This document shows positions 48,311-59,790 of a stretch of DNA of 64,000 bases, piece by piece. Location of the stretch: contig CM075987.1 of the NCBI GenBank assembly GCA_038087875.1, positions 28,398,001 through 28,462,000 on the forward strand, read 5' to 3'. Made by a program: the position numbers and the translations under genes. The notes beneath the pieces are model-generated. The model was not told where the DNA came from, did no database searches, and saw only the letters and a list, made by a program, of their open reading frames with translations. This DNA comes from Malacoraja senta. Taxonomy: Eukaryota. Within the stretch, counting starts at the first letter, position 1. The number at the start of each line of letters is the position of its first letter.

Positions 48311-48625
48311 CTAGTGTAGATGGGGCATGTTGGCCGTTGTGGGCAAGTTGGGCTGAAGGGCCTGTTTCCACACTGTATCACTCTGTGACTAGTGTAGATG
48401 GGGCATGTTGGTCGGTGTGGGCAAGTTGGGCTGAAGGGCCTGTTTCCACACTGTACCACTCTATGACTAGTGTAGATGGGGCATGTTGGTCGGTGTGGGC
48501 AAGTTGGGCTGAAGGACCTGTTTCCACACTGTACCACTCTGTGACTAGTGTAGATGGGGCATGTTGGGCGATGTGGGCAAGTTGGGCTGAAGGGCCTGTT
48601 TCCGCTCTGTATCACTCTGACTAGT
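48311..48625 (+). repeat. Four tandem 78-bp copies of a CR1 3' tail
   Basis: CTAGTG recurs at 48311, 48389, 48467, 48545 and 48621. Confidence 0.9.
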
Positions 48626-48725
48626 GCAGGGTCCAGAGGTTTACAAGATTGATTCCTGGGGTGATTGGGTTAATGTATGAGCAGTGTTCGAAGGCACTGG
48701 GCCTGTACTCATGGTTTCACCAGCA

Positions 48726-49160
48726 CTCTTATCATGGTCTCTTCTATATCCCGCAGCTCTGCTCTTACTCCCCATCCCCCTACTCGTAACAAGGACAGAG
48801 TCCCCCATGTCCTCACCTTCCACCCTACCAGCCGTCACATACAACAGATAATCCTCCAACACCAGATAATACCAGCCGCCACCTCCAACGGGACCCCACC
48901 ACTGGCCACATCTTCCCATTCTCCAATTTCAGTGGTTTCTCCCTCCTTCCCCTTCCCAGCTCTCCCACAGCCTACTGTCTCTGCCTTTTCCTTCCTTTAT
49001 CCCGCACCCCCACCCCCCACCCCAACTTCAGTCTGAAGAAGGGTCTTGACCTGAAACGTCACATATTCCTTCTCTCCATAGATGCTGCCTCACCCGCTGA
49101 GTTACTCCAGCATTTTTGTCCACCTTTGATTTTTCCAGCATCTGCAATTCTTTCTTAAAC
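48726..49160 (+). mobile_element. Penelope-like fragment (duplicate of 53294-53710)
   Basis: Same peptide and same internal junction as the 53 kb copy. Confidence 0.8.
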
Positions 49161-50040
49161 CACACGGTGGGAGTGTTGAGCACAAATTGGAGCGACCTGT
49201 TCTGTGAATTCACTGCACATTGGGAGCGCTGTCTACAAATTAGATATTGTGCTCTCTACTGCAAAATGGTTCTTTATTGCTCTGTGACCCTTTACCTTTT
49301 CCCGTAATGCACCCATTGCCCAGATGCCAAACTTAGTAAAAGCCCTGAAACCAGGGAAGATTTGGGATGAAAATTAAGGAACTGCAGGTGCTGGTTGACA
49401 AAACAAGACACAAAGTGCTGGAGTAACTCAGCGGGTCAGGTAGCATCTGTGGAGAACATGGATAGGTGACATTTCACAGAGTGCTGGAGTAACTCAGCGG
49501 GTCAGGCAGGATGCCCATAATAAAAAGTACAGCATTGAGCAGCTCAGTCAGTGAGTACACTGTTTGTGCACAGGGTTTGATGCCCAGGGTAAGAGTTACA
49601 GCATTGGGCAACTCAGTCAGGAAGTTCACTTTGTGTGAAGGTTCAATAGATATTCCTTTAAAATGCAGAGCTTGAACTGTTTTCACTCATCAAAATAATT
49701 GTGGGAAGCTAAAATGGTAATACATTGCATTCCTTCCTTGATTTGGTGCGTGTTTCAATTATCTAAATATATGATAAATGAAATATGAGATTTGAGTGAT
49801 GACATGTTGGACTAATATAAAAATAATGGATTTCAGACATCAATTCTAGTTTAAAAAAAAAGAATTTCCTTCATTCCTTCATTTCCATCAAAGGTAACGA
49901 ATTGTGATAAGCAATATATTTTGAAAAAAGTCTTTAACGCTAAATTTTAATTAACCTTAACAATGTGAGAACTTCAAACAAAAACCAAAGTGCAAACTAT
50001 TAACTTTAACATACACATGACATCTACATCCAAGAGAACA

Positions 50041-50199
50041 TCAATTATGCCCCAGGTCCATGCTGTAACCCCTCGCTGCAGAAGACGGCGTGTCTCTTGG
50101 AGGAAGCCTGTAATCAACATAATCTGAAGCTAATAAAGATAACATTGATCCAGCAGGATGGAGGTCTGTGTACGTGATTGTTGATGTCATTGACTGTCT
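50041..50199 (-). pseudogene. Candidate terminal cytoplasmic exon with ITIM-like motif
   Basis: Strong acceptor (ATCTTTTGTTTTCAG), then RQSMTSTITYTDLHPAG...SDYVDY...GYSMDLGHN*, followed by AT-rich UTR-like sequence. Confidence 0.5.
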
Positions 50200-50714
50200 C
50201 TGAAAACAAAAGATGGATTTACATGCAGAAACAATACAGACCCTCAACAGCTGCAATTGACAAAACTAAACTGGTGAAATGTTTTATGTCGTTGCGGTCA
50301 GATCATGGACGATTTTTGAAACACATAAATATTACGAATGGAAGGTGGATGAATTTAATAATCTTATAAGGGTGTGAATGACAAATAATTAAAGTCAAAT
50401 CTAAGCTCAAAATTTTCTTTTTTAAATTGTATACCTGTCTAGCCTGCAGATGTGTCTGTATCCCCATTCACATCTGTGTCTGTACCCCCATTCACATCTG
50501 TGTCTGTACCCCATTCACATCTGTGTCTGTACCCCCATTCACATCTGTGTCTGTACCCCCATTCGTATCTCCGGTGGATGTGGCCTCGACGACTGCTTTT
50601 GAAACATAGAATCATATATAAGTGGAACTCAAATGAAGTTTAAAAAATCTCACTGAGGAGTTCTGTGACAAAGGACTGCAATCATCAAAGCGTTTATTTA
50701 ATGCCTGCTCAGAA

Positions 50715-53120
50715 TAACATGGTCAGGTTTAATCTACAATTGGAGAGGGAGAAGGGTAGATTGGGGGTCACAGTGTTGCAGTTGAATAAAGGGGACTATG
50801 GGGCCATGAGGGAGGAGCTGGCCAAAGGTGACTGGAAAGATACACTAGCAGGGATGACAGTGGAACAAAAATGGCAGGTATTTCTAGGAATAATACAGAA
50901 GGTGCAGGATCAGTTCATTCCTAGGAGGAAGAAAGATTTCAAGGGGAGAAAGGGACGACCATGGCTGACAAGGGACGTCAGGGACATTATAAAAATTAAA
51001 GCGAATAAGTACAACATAGCAAAGATGAGCGGGAAGTAAGAGGATTGGGTAATGTTTAAAGAACAGAAGATAACCAAAAAGACAATACAGGGAGAAAAGA
51101 TGAGGTACGAAGGTAAGCTAGCCAAGAATATAAAGCAGGATAGTAAAAGCTTCTTTAGGTATGTGAAGAGGAAAAAATTAGTTAAGACCAAAGTTGGACC
51201 CTTGAAGACCGAAAAAGGTGAATTTATTATGGGAAACAAGGAAGTGGCAGATGAGTTGAACAGGTACTTTGGATCTGTCTTCACTAAGGAGGACACAAAC
51301 AATCTTTCTGATATAGTAGTGGCCAGAGGATCTGGGGTGACAGAGGAACTGAAGGAAGTCCACATTAGGCAGGAAATGGTGTTGGATAGACTGATGGGAC
51401 TGAAGGCTGATAAATCCCCAGGGCCTGATGGTCTGCATCCCAGGGTACTTAAGGAAGTGGACAGGAAAGGAATGGAGGGTTATGGTCTAAGTGCAGGTAG
51501 ATGGGACTAGGGGAGAATAAGTGTTCGGCGTGGACTAGAAGGGCCGAGATGGCCTGTTTCCGTGCTGTAATTGTTATATGGTTATATGGCTCTAGAAATC
51601 GTGGATGCATTGGTGATAATTTTCCTATGTTCTATAGACTCAGGATCAGTTCCTGTGGATTGGAGGGTAGCTAATGTTATCGCACTTTTTTTAAGAAAGG
51701 CAGGAGAGAGAAAACAGGGAATTATAGACCAGCTAGCCTGACATCGGTGGTGGGAAGATGCTGGAGTCAATTATAAAAGATGAAATAGCCAAACATTTGG
51801 AGAACAGTAACAGGATCGGTTCGAGTCAGCATGGATTTACGAAGGGGAAATCATGCTTGACTAATCTTCTGGAATTTTTTGAGGATGTAACTAGGAAAAT
51901 GGACAAGGGAGAGCCAGTGGATGTAGTGCACCTGGACTTTCAGAAAGCATTTGATAAGGTCCCACATAGGGAATTAGTGGGCAAAATTAGGGCACATGGT
52001 ATTGGGGGTAGAGTGCTGACATGGATAGAGAAGTGGTTGGCAGACAGGAAACAAAGAGTAGGGATTAACGAGTCCCTTTCAGAATGGCAGGCAGTGACTA
52101 GTGGGGTACCGCAAGGCTCGGTGCTGGGACCGCAGCTATTTACAATATACATCAATGATTTGGATGAAGGGATTCAAAGTAACATTAGCAAATTTGCAGA
52201 TGACACAAAGCTGGGTGGCAGTGTGAACTGTGAGGAGGATGCTATGAGAATGCAGGGTGACTTGGACAGGTTGCGGGAGTGTGCAGATGCATGGCAGATG
52301 AAGTTTAATGTGGATAAATGTGAGGTTATCCACTTTGGTATAAAAAACAGGAAGGCAGATTATTATCTAAATGGCGTCAAGTTGGGAAAAGGGGAAGTAC
52401 AACGGGATCTGGGTGTCCTTGTTCATCAGTCTATGAAAGTAAGCATGCAGGTACAGCAGGCATTGAAGAAAGCGAATGGCATGTTGGCCTTTATAACAAG
52501 AGGAGTCGAGTATAGGAGCAAAGAGGTCCTTCTGCAGTTGTACAGGGCTCAAGTGAGACCACATCTGGAGTATTGTGTGCAGTTTTGGTCCCCTAATTTG
52601 AGGAAGGACATTCTTGCTATTGAGTGAGTGCAGCGTAGGTTTACAAGGTTAATTCCCGGGATGGCGGGACTGTCATATGCTGAGAGAATGGAGTGACTGG
52701 GCTTGTATACTCTGGAGTTTAGAAGGATGAGAGGTAATCTTATTGAAACATATAAGATTGTTAAGGTGTTTGGACACGCTAGAGGCAGGAAACATGTTCC
52801 CGATGTCGGGGGAGTCCAGAACCAGGGGCCATAGTTTAAGAATAAGGGGTAAGCCATTTGGAATGGAGACGAGGAAACACTTTTTCTCACAGAGAGTGGT
52901 GAGTCTGTGGAATTCTCTGTCTCAGAGGGTGGTGGAGGCCGGTTCTCTGGATGTTTTCAAGAGAGAGCTAGATAGGGCTCTTAAAGATAACGGAGTCGGG
53001 GGATATGGGGAGAAGGCAGGAACGGGGTACTGATTGGGGATGATCAGTCATGATCACATTGAATGGCGGTGCTGGCTCGAAGAGCCGAATGGCCTACTCT
53101 GGCATCTATTGTCTATTGTC
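50715..53120 (+). mobile_element. CR1 LINE ORF2 fragment with 3' tail
   Basis: 289-aa RT ORF ([23 protein letters not shown]). Confidence 0.92.
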
Positions 53121-53710
53121 TATCACAGGTAACAGACTACTGACCGACATCTACTACAAACCCACTGATGCCAATGGCTATCTGGACTACACTGGCCACA
53201 TCTGCGCCCAGGATGAAGTGTTCCAAACCAGGGCATCGGAGATGTCCTCATTCTTTAGGGAATGGGGGTTCCCCTCTTCTACTATAGATGAGGCTCTTAT
53301 CAGGATCTCTTCTATATCCCGCAGCTCTGCTCTTACTCCCCATCCCCCTACTCGTAACAAGGACCGAGTCCCCCATGTCCTCACCTTCCACTCTACCAGC
53401 TGTCACATACAACAGATAATCCTCCAACATTTTCGCCACCTCCAACGGGATCCCACCATTGGCCTTATCTTCCCATTCTCCAATTTCAGTGGTTTCTCCC
53501 TCCTGCCCCGTCCCAGCTCTCCCACAGCCTACTGTCTCTGCCTTTTCCTTCCTTTATCCCGCCCCCCCACCTCAACTTCAGTCTGAAGAAGGGTCTCGAC
53601 CTGAAACGTCACCTATTCCTTCTCTCCATAGATGCTGCCTCACCCGCTGAATTACTCCAGCATTTTGTCAACCTTCGATTTTTCCAGCATCTCCAGTTCT
53701 TTTTTAAACC
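53121..53710 (+). mobile_element. Penelope-like element fragment (RT C-terminus plus terminal repeat)
   Basis: TDIYYKPTD..GYLDYT...RNKDRVP.VLTFH...RHLQRDPT, followed by the abundant CTGAAGAAGGGTCTCGAC repeat. Confidence 0.8.
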
Positions 53711-55444
53711 ACAGATGCTTTGTTGAACACAAATTCGAGCAACCTGTTATGTGAATTCACTGCACATTGTCTACAAATTAGATATTGTGCTCTTTACTGC
53801 AAAATGGTTCTTTATTGCTCTGTGGCCCTTTACCTTTCCCCGTAATGCACCCATTGCCCAGATGCCAAACTTACAAAAGAAGACACAAAGTGCTGGAGTA
53901 ACTCAGCGGGTCAGGCAGCATTTCTGGAGAACATGGATAGGTGACGTTTCACAGATTGCTGGAGTAACTCAGCGGGTCAGGCAGCATCTGTGGAGAACAT
54001 GGATAGGTGAGATTTTGGGTTGTGAGCCTTCAGACTGATTTCTGGGTGTAATTCTGTTTACTTCATGAAGGCAGTGGCAAGAATGAATTTGTCTCCTGGA
54101 TAGATGTCCAATTGTGTTTTAATTGGGGCACTTTATGAAGAGTGGTTTTCAGTTGATGACTAAATTGTTATGATTAAGAAGACAGCAAGGAATTTAAAGT
54201 GGATCTACATTGTACTTGGTTGAAGAAAGTTAATGTGAACTAGTTGTTAACCACTTGTGTGAAATGGTTAATGTTAACTTCCCTAATCAAACCTTGTTTA
54301 TTATGAGCTCTTATGAAGGACTTTCAGGTGAAACGAATGTGTGTATGATGTGTGGAGTGGTCATTCATTGAACTTTGGACTGGACAGAATGTTGTAGAGA
54401 TTTGTAAAGATATTTGGATGCTCTTGCTCAAAAGATAAAATGCTGGAGTAACTCAGCGGGTCAGGCAGCATCTCTGGAGAACATGGATAGGTGATGTTTC
54501 ACAGAGTGCTGGAGTAACTCAGCGGGTCAGGCAGCATCTGTGAAGAATATGGATAGGTGATGTTTCACAGAGTGCTGGAGTAACTCAGTGGGTCAGGCAG
54601 CATCTGTGGGGAACATGATGGGTACAAAGTGCCTATATCCACCTACCAGTTTCAAGGGTTTGGCCCACCTCATCTCTTCAGCATTCTCCCCATCTACATC
54701 TTCAATCTGAACAAGGGTCCTGATCTAAATGATGCTTGTCAATTCACTTTGTGGTGACAAAGATGCCACCTGATCTGCTGAGTACCTCCCGCACTTTGTT
54801 TTTAGACCTAGTTATATTCCCTAGTTGGGTCTGTCGAAGGGAAAGTAGTTTAATATTTGTGGACACTGTTTGAAGTTTACAATCTACTAATCCTGCCCCT
54901 TCTGTTCACCCTACTGTAGTTATATAGTCAGTCTGAATCTATATCTGGTTTAGTCTGAGTGTGGGAACTGCCACAATCTATTTCCTGTTCCTCTCCCTGT
55001 GAAGGGGTGACATTCAGTTTCCACCACGTATCTCCATAGACTGGGTCCCATGCTGCTGGAAGTGTCTTCTGCGGTTAGATATTCTCTTCCCATTAAGCCA
55101 AATGTTGGCAGGACATTGGGCAAAATCCTTCCCCATCGCTGTTCCTCTGACTTGAGTCATTTAATTCAAAGTATTTCTTCCAGTTGTTGAGTCTGGGCTG
55201 TGTCAAGTTCTCTAAATATTTTGAACTGACTGCATGTCCTTGTTTGTGTACAGGGTTTGATGCCCATAGTAAGAGTTATAGCATTGGGCAGCTCAGTCAG
55301 GGAGTTCACTGTTTGTGCACCGGGTTTGATGCCCATAGTAAGAGTTACAGCATTGGGCAACTCGGTCAGGGAGTTCACTGTTTGTGTGAAGTTTTAACTT
55401 AATAGCTGGCATGTTGCTGTGCCAGTTTGATCATGAAAATAGTC

Positions 55445-55720
55445 AGGGAAAGAGGGGGTTCCCATCACCAGGGTGGGGGTTCATGGAAAGAGGGGAAAGA
55501 CCCCCACCCTGGTGATGGGAACCCCCTCTTTCCCTGAACCCCCACCCTGGTGATGGGAACCCCCTCTTTCCCTGACCCCCACCCTGGTGATGGGAACCCC
55601 CTCTTTCCCTGAACCCCCACCCTGGTGATGGGAACCCCCTCTTTCCCTGAACCCCACCCTGGTGATGGGAACCCCCTCTTTCCCTGAACCCCACCCTGGT
55701 GATGGGAACCCCTTTTTTCC
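55445..55720. repeat. 37-38 bp minisatellite with an inverted first unit
   Basis: CCCCACCCTGGTGATGGGAACCCCCTCTTTCCCTGAA repeated ~6 times; 55445-55480 is the reverse complement. Confidence 0.9.
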
Positions 55721-55931
55721 CATGTGTACAGATTGGGATTTCCTGCTCCAACGTGTTGGATCATCAGATAGACGGCGTTATTCAGACGGATCTGATCAGT
55801 GTTGCTCCTCCTGTTTTGCTGAGATGAGCCTCTTGGATTCCAGTGAAGACTGACGGTATCTGGGAGTCTGGAGATGGTACAGCTGAGGGTGATGTCACTG
55901 CCCATTACTGGCCTTGGTGAGTCGGCCTCAA
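55720..55931 (-). pseudogene. Ig C2-like exon E (paralog of exon A), 3'-truncated by a minisatellite
   Basis: VEADSPRPVMGSDITLSCTISRLPDTVSLHW...NPNLYTWE, then runs into a 37-38 bp tandem repeat. No donor and no second Cys. Confidence 0.8.
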
Positions 55932-56685
55932 CTGTGGAAACAGACACATGTGGTTCAGTTCACCAGCAGCTTTCTGAACTACTGTGGGCAGAATTGTCTT
56001 TTTCCTGCAGACAGACAGTCGGCCGAATGTTGAGTTGCCGTGCTCAGTGATGTCATCAACATTTCCTGGTAGTGACCACCTGTCCCCCTCGCCCCCTCGT
56101 CTCCCACATCAACACTTCCAGGTGGGGATGTTTTTAGTATAGTAGAAACACAGAACTGCAGATGCTGGTTAATATATAAAAGGACATAAAGTGCAGCAGT
56201 GATTCAGCGGATCAAGCAGCAACTCCAGAGAACATAGATCGCTGACGTTTCAGGTCGAGACCCTTCTTCAGACTGATTATTTTCCTTGGATGTCTTTTAC
56301 TGTGGGGTGATCATAGTGGGGTGATTCATGAGAGGCATATCTATAGTAAATGCACATGGTCTTTTCCCAGGGTTGGGGAATCAAAAACTAGATAGTACAT
56401 GGTTAAGGTGAGAGGGCCAGATTTGATATACCCCTTAATATGAGGGGCAAGTTTTGACAAAGAGAGTGGTACATGAACATACTTTATGGAAAGATCGAGC
56501 AGAGGAAGTGATTGATGCAGGTACAACAACACTTAAAATACATTTAAACGGGTATATGGACAAAAGGTTTAAGGGATAAGGGCCTAATGAGGGCAAATGG
56601 GATGTTTAGATGGGTAGTTGGTCAGTATGGTTGAATTGGGCCAAAGGGCCTGTTTCAGTGCTGTGTGACATTATGACTCTATTAC

Positions 56686-57030
56686 CTTTGACCCCAAATA
56701 GTTCCCACTGTCTCAGGATTTTCCCAGCGGGCTGTGTCTGATTCCAGGTGAACAGTCCCGCAAGTTCGAATGTGGGCATCCTGATCCTCAGATTAAGGGT
56801 ACCCCAGTCCGCATGCATCCTCTGGGAGATGCCTGGTATTTGATTGTACTCATCACTCCATTGTACGGGCCACTGCTGATCTTCTCTGCGGAAAGTGGCC
56901 AATCGCTTTGTGGTTTGTTGCCCTGAGTGTGGCCTCCATTCCAAGTCAATGGGGCCATTTTCAGGACTGTCTGGTCCTTTCAATACAAAGTTGCCTTCCT
57001 GATGGAAAAAGTAAATAGAATTTCCACATC
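56686..57030 (-). pseudogene. Ig V-like exon D lacking canonical cysteines
   Basis: SIYFFHQEGNFVLKGP...IDLEWRP...LNLRIRMPTFELAGLFTW...WELFGVK; 345 nt, phase 1 to 1, open frame. Confidence 0.75.
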
Positions 57031-57743
57031 CTGTAGGAAAAGAGAAGAATCTTTACTAAGTTGTACGTTATAATTCATCATGCAGGAACTGCATGGAAAC
57101 AGGCCCTCTGCAGCAATCTGTCCACGCTGACCAGTGGGTAACCATCCATGCAGACACAAGAAAATGCAGATTCTGGAATGTTGATCAAACGCAAAGTGCT
57201 GGAGAAACTCAATGGGTCAAGCAGCATCTGTGGAGGGAATGGATTGATGACATTTTGTATCGGGACCCTTTTTCAGACTGATGTAATAGGAGAGAAAAAG
57301 CTGGGGAAGGGAAGTAGGCATGAGACAAAGCACGGTAAGTGATAGGTGGATACAGCTGGGGAATGGTGATTAGTAGATGGATGGAGATAATGACAAAAGC
57401 AAGGAGTGAAATGGAAACCGAAGGTTGTCAGATCTGCAAAAGAGGGAGGGATATGGGTGGAAATGGGGCAAGAACATAAAAGGGAAATTGTGCAATTGGA
57501 AGGGGTGGGAGATGAGTGGAAAGAGGAAGGGAATGGGGTAGCTGTGTGGTGGGATGAATGCGTGCATAATGAAGGGGGGGGGAGAAGTGGGGTTCGGGAA
57601 GTGTTATTTGAAATTTGAGAATCCATTGATCATAACATAGTTAGACCACTCACAAACCAGAAGAACATATCCTGCTTTCAAATGTCAGGACATCAAAACT
57701 CAATCATGACTCTAAGTATGAAGAACCAACCCTTATCACTTAC

Positions 57744-58004
57744 CACGGGGCTCCAGATAGTACGGGACAAAAAGCCGGGGCAGGTCTTGATGAAACAAAC
57801 CACATCTCTAGTTCCCTCTGCCTCTCTCAGCTTTCTGAATAACCAGACTCTGTGATTTCTCTTTCCCGGTCAGTGTCTTTTCTCCAACACTTTTGCCATC
57901 GCCATTGATCCAAACCAGTCTCATTGACCCAATGACGTGAGACACAGAGCAGATCAGGGTAACGTTGTCTCCCTCAGTCACTGCATCAGACGGTTCAGCT
58001 GTGA
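57744..58004 (-). pseudogene. Ig C2-like exon C with mutated acceptor and nonsense codon
   Basis: VTAEPSDAVTEGDNVTLICSVSHV...LVWIN...RGRGN*RCGLF. TAG at 57808-57810 sits where W of the WxC motif is expected, and the acceptor reads TTCCACGG rather than TTCCACAG. Confidence 0.8.
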
Positions 58005-58082
58005 CCGTGGAAACAAGCAGGTTGTTTACATTTTAAACAATAAGTTCATCAGTAAACTCAGTGGCAACATTCTGTCTCCTAC

Positions 58083-58742
58083 CTTTCACTGTGATTAGAT
58101 CAATGATGGGAAATATATTTGATACCAGAAAACATGTGTAAACTCCGGCATCTTGAAACACAACGGGGACAATCCTCACACTGAAATCCTTGCCATCGAA
58201 GGGTTTCCCTGAGGTCACCAGTCGATTCCTGAAGTCGGTCCCATTGGCATTGATGTTGGGCTGAGAACGTTTTGCAGATGCTATTTCTTTGACTTTGACT
58301 TTGACTTTGATTCCTTTATTGTCATTCAGACCTTTCTGTCTGAACGAAATTTCGTTGCCTGCAGTCATACATATAATAAATAACAAAACACACAATAAAC
58401 ACAAATTAACATCCACCACAGTGAGTTCACCAGGCACCTCCTCACTGTGATGGAGGCAAAAGTCTTAAAGTCTCTGTCTCTTCCCTCCTTGTTCTCCCTC
58501 TGCGCTGAGGCGATCCAGGCTTCTGATGTTGTGACCCCGCCGGGTGATGGTAAGTCAGTCCCGCGGCTGAATCCGTGCTCCGTCCGCGACGGGCCGGTTC
58601 AAACTCCGCTGTTGAAGGCGATGAGATGTCCAGGTCCACTCAGCACGGGAATAGCTACGACCATATCTCCCATAACAAACCAGGTGAAGTTCACTGTGAT
58701 CTGTGCTGGAGCGGTAAAGTGTGTATCTCTTCCTATATAAAT
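58083..58742 (-). pseudogene. Ig V-like exon B split by a ~318-bp LINE-tail insertion
   Basis: LYRKRYTLYRSSTDHSELHLVCYG...AEWTWTSHRLQQ // KEIASAKRSQP...DFSVRIVPVVFQDAGVYTC...ITVK. The insert at ~58291-58608 introduces an in-frame stop. Confidence 0.8.
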
Positions 58743-59790
58743 CTGTATCAGAGAGACAGAGGATAACTCCTTTCAGTATTACAGTTACCGTGCCATACAG
58801 AGATTCTCAACCGTATTCTTATAAACATTCGTGGTGTTTTGTTCAGCTGATCAAGTTTCAAATGTAACATCTTTCATGAATGCCGCACTAAACTCATCAG
58901 ATCTTTATAAAATACAATGTCCTGTACGGCAGTAAATTGCAGTGAAGTTTGGATATTCCACTCTACATTTCAACATTAGGTTCGCCCCACACCCGGACTG
59001 TCCGGGAATCTCCCGGGATGGAATGAAACCTCCCGGAGACTCCCGAGAGCGGTCTGGGAGGTGAATGTCTCTGTCAGTCTGTCTGCAGGAGGTGGTGCAG
59101 GTTCAGGCTGCGGACAGAAGCAGCCCAGAGGATGCCTGCGCGGGGACTGACCCGGACAGGTTGGCACTTCAAGTGGGTCGGGTCTTCCCATCCCTTCATT
59201 CCCATTATTCCCACCATCCCTCTCCCATTCACACCCATTGATTCCCTGTCCTTCCCTGTTCCCGGGTCCTGCTCCCAGCTGAATGCTGATCCGAAGCCCG
59301 AGTCTGCAGCAGCTGGAATCACTTCAAGCAACACCAGACTCGGGGAGAAGGGTCAGTGAGGGGCGAGGGGACGGATTGTTGTTCAGTGCTGATGTGCGGG
59401 CCGGGACCCCCAGTGTGAGTGTGAGCAGCAAGTGCTGGTGGTTGTCATGGTGACTACACTTTCTATCTGACACTGACGTGAGTCCTGTATCAGTATCTCA
59501 GTCTCAGATACTGGAGCATTGATGGCAAGATAAACTGACAAAATACTTTACTGAACAATGGTTACAGAAAGACATCCCCCTCCTGTGCTGTGTGTCTGTC
59601 ACACAGAGACAAGCAGGCAGCTGCTCCACAGAGATGCTTTCTGTAAACTTCTCCCTGACCATTGCAGCATTTTATACTGGAGAGCAGTTGGTCACTGCCA
59701 CAGTTCTTCACAGGGCGCACACGTAATATTGCAAGAAGCACCGTGATACAAGTGTCTACTTGATATCCAATGGGAGGTGTTTACACTCAC

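Noticed and set aside
54790..55160. Possible retroviral env-like or transmembrane exon
   Set aside because: Only short frames with stops; no hydrophobic stretch or recognisable motif.
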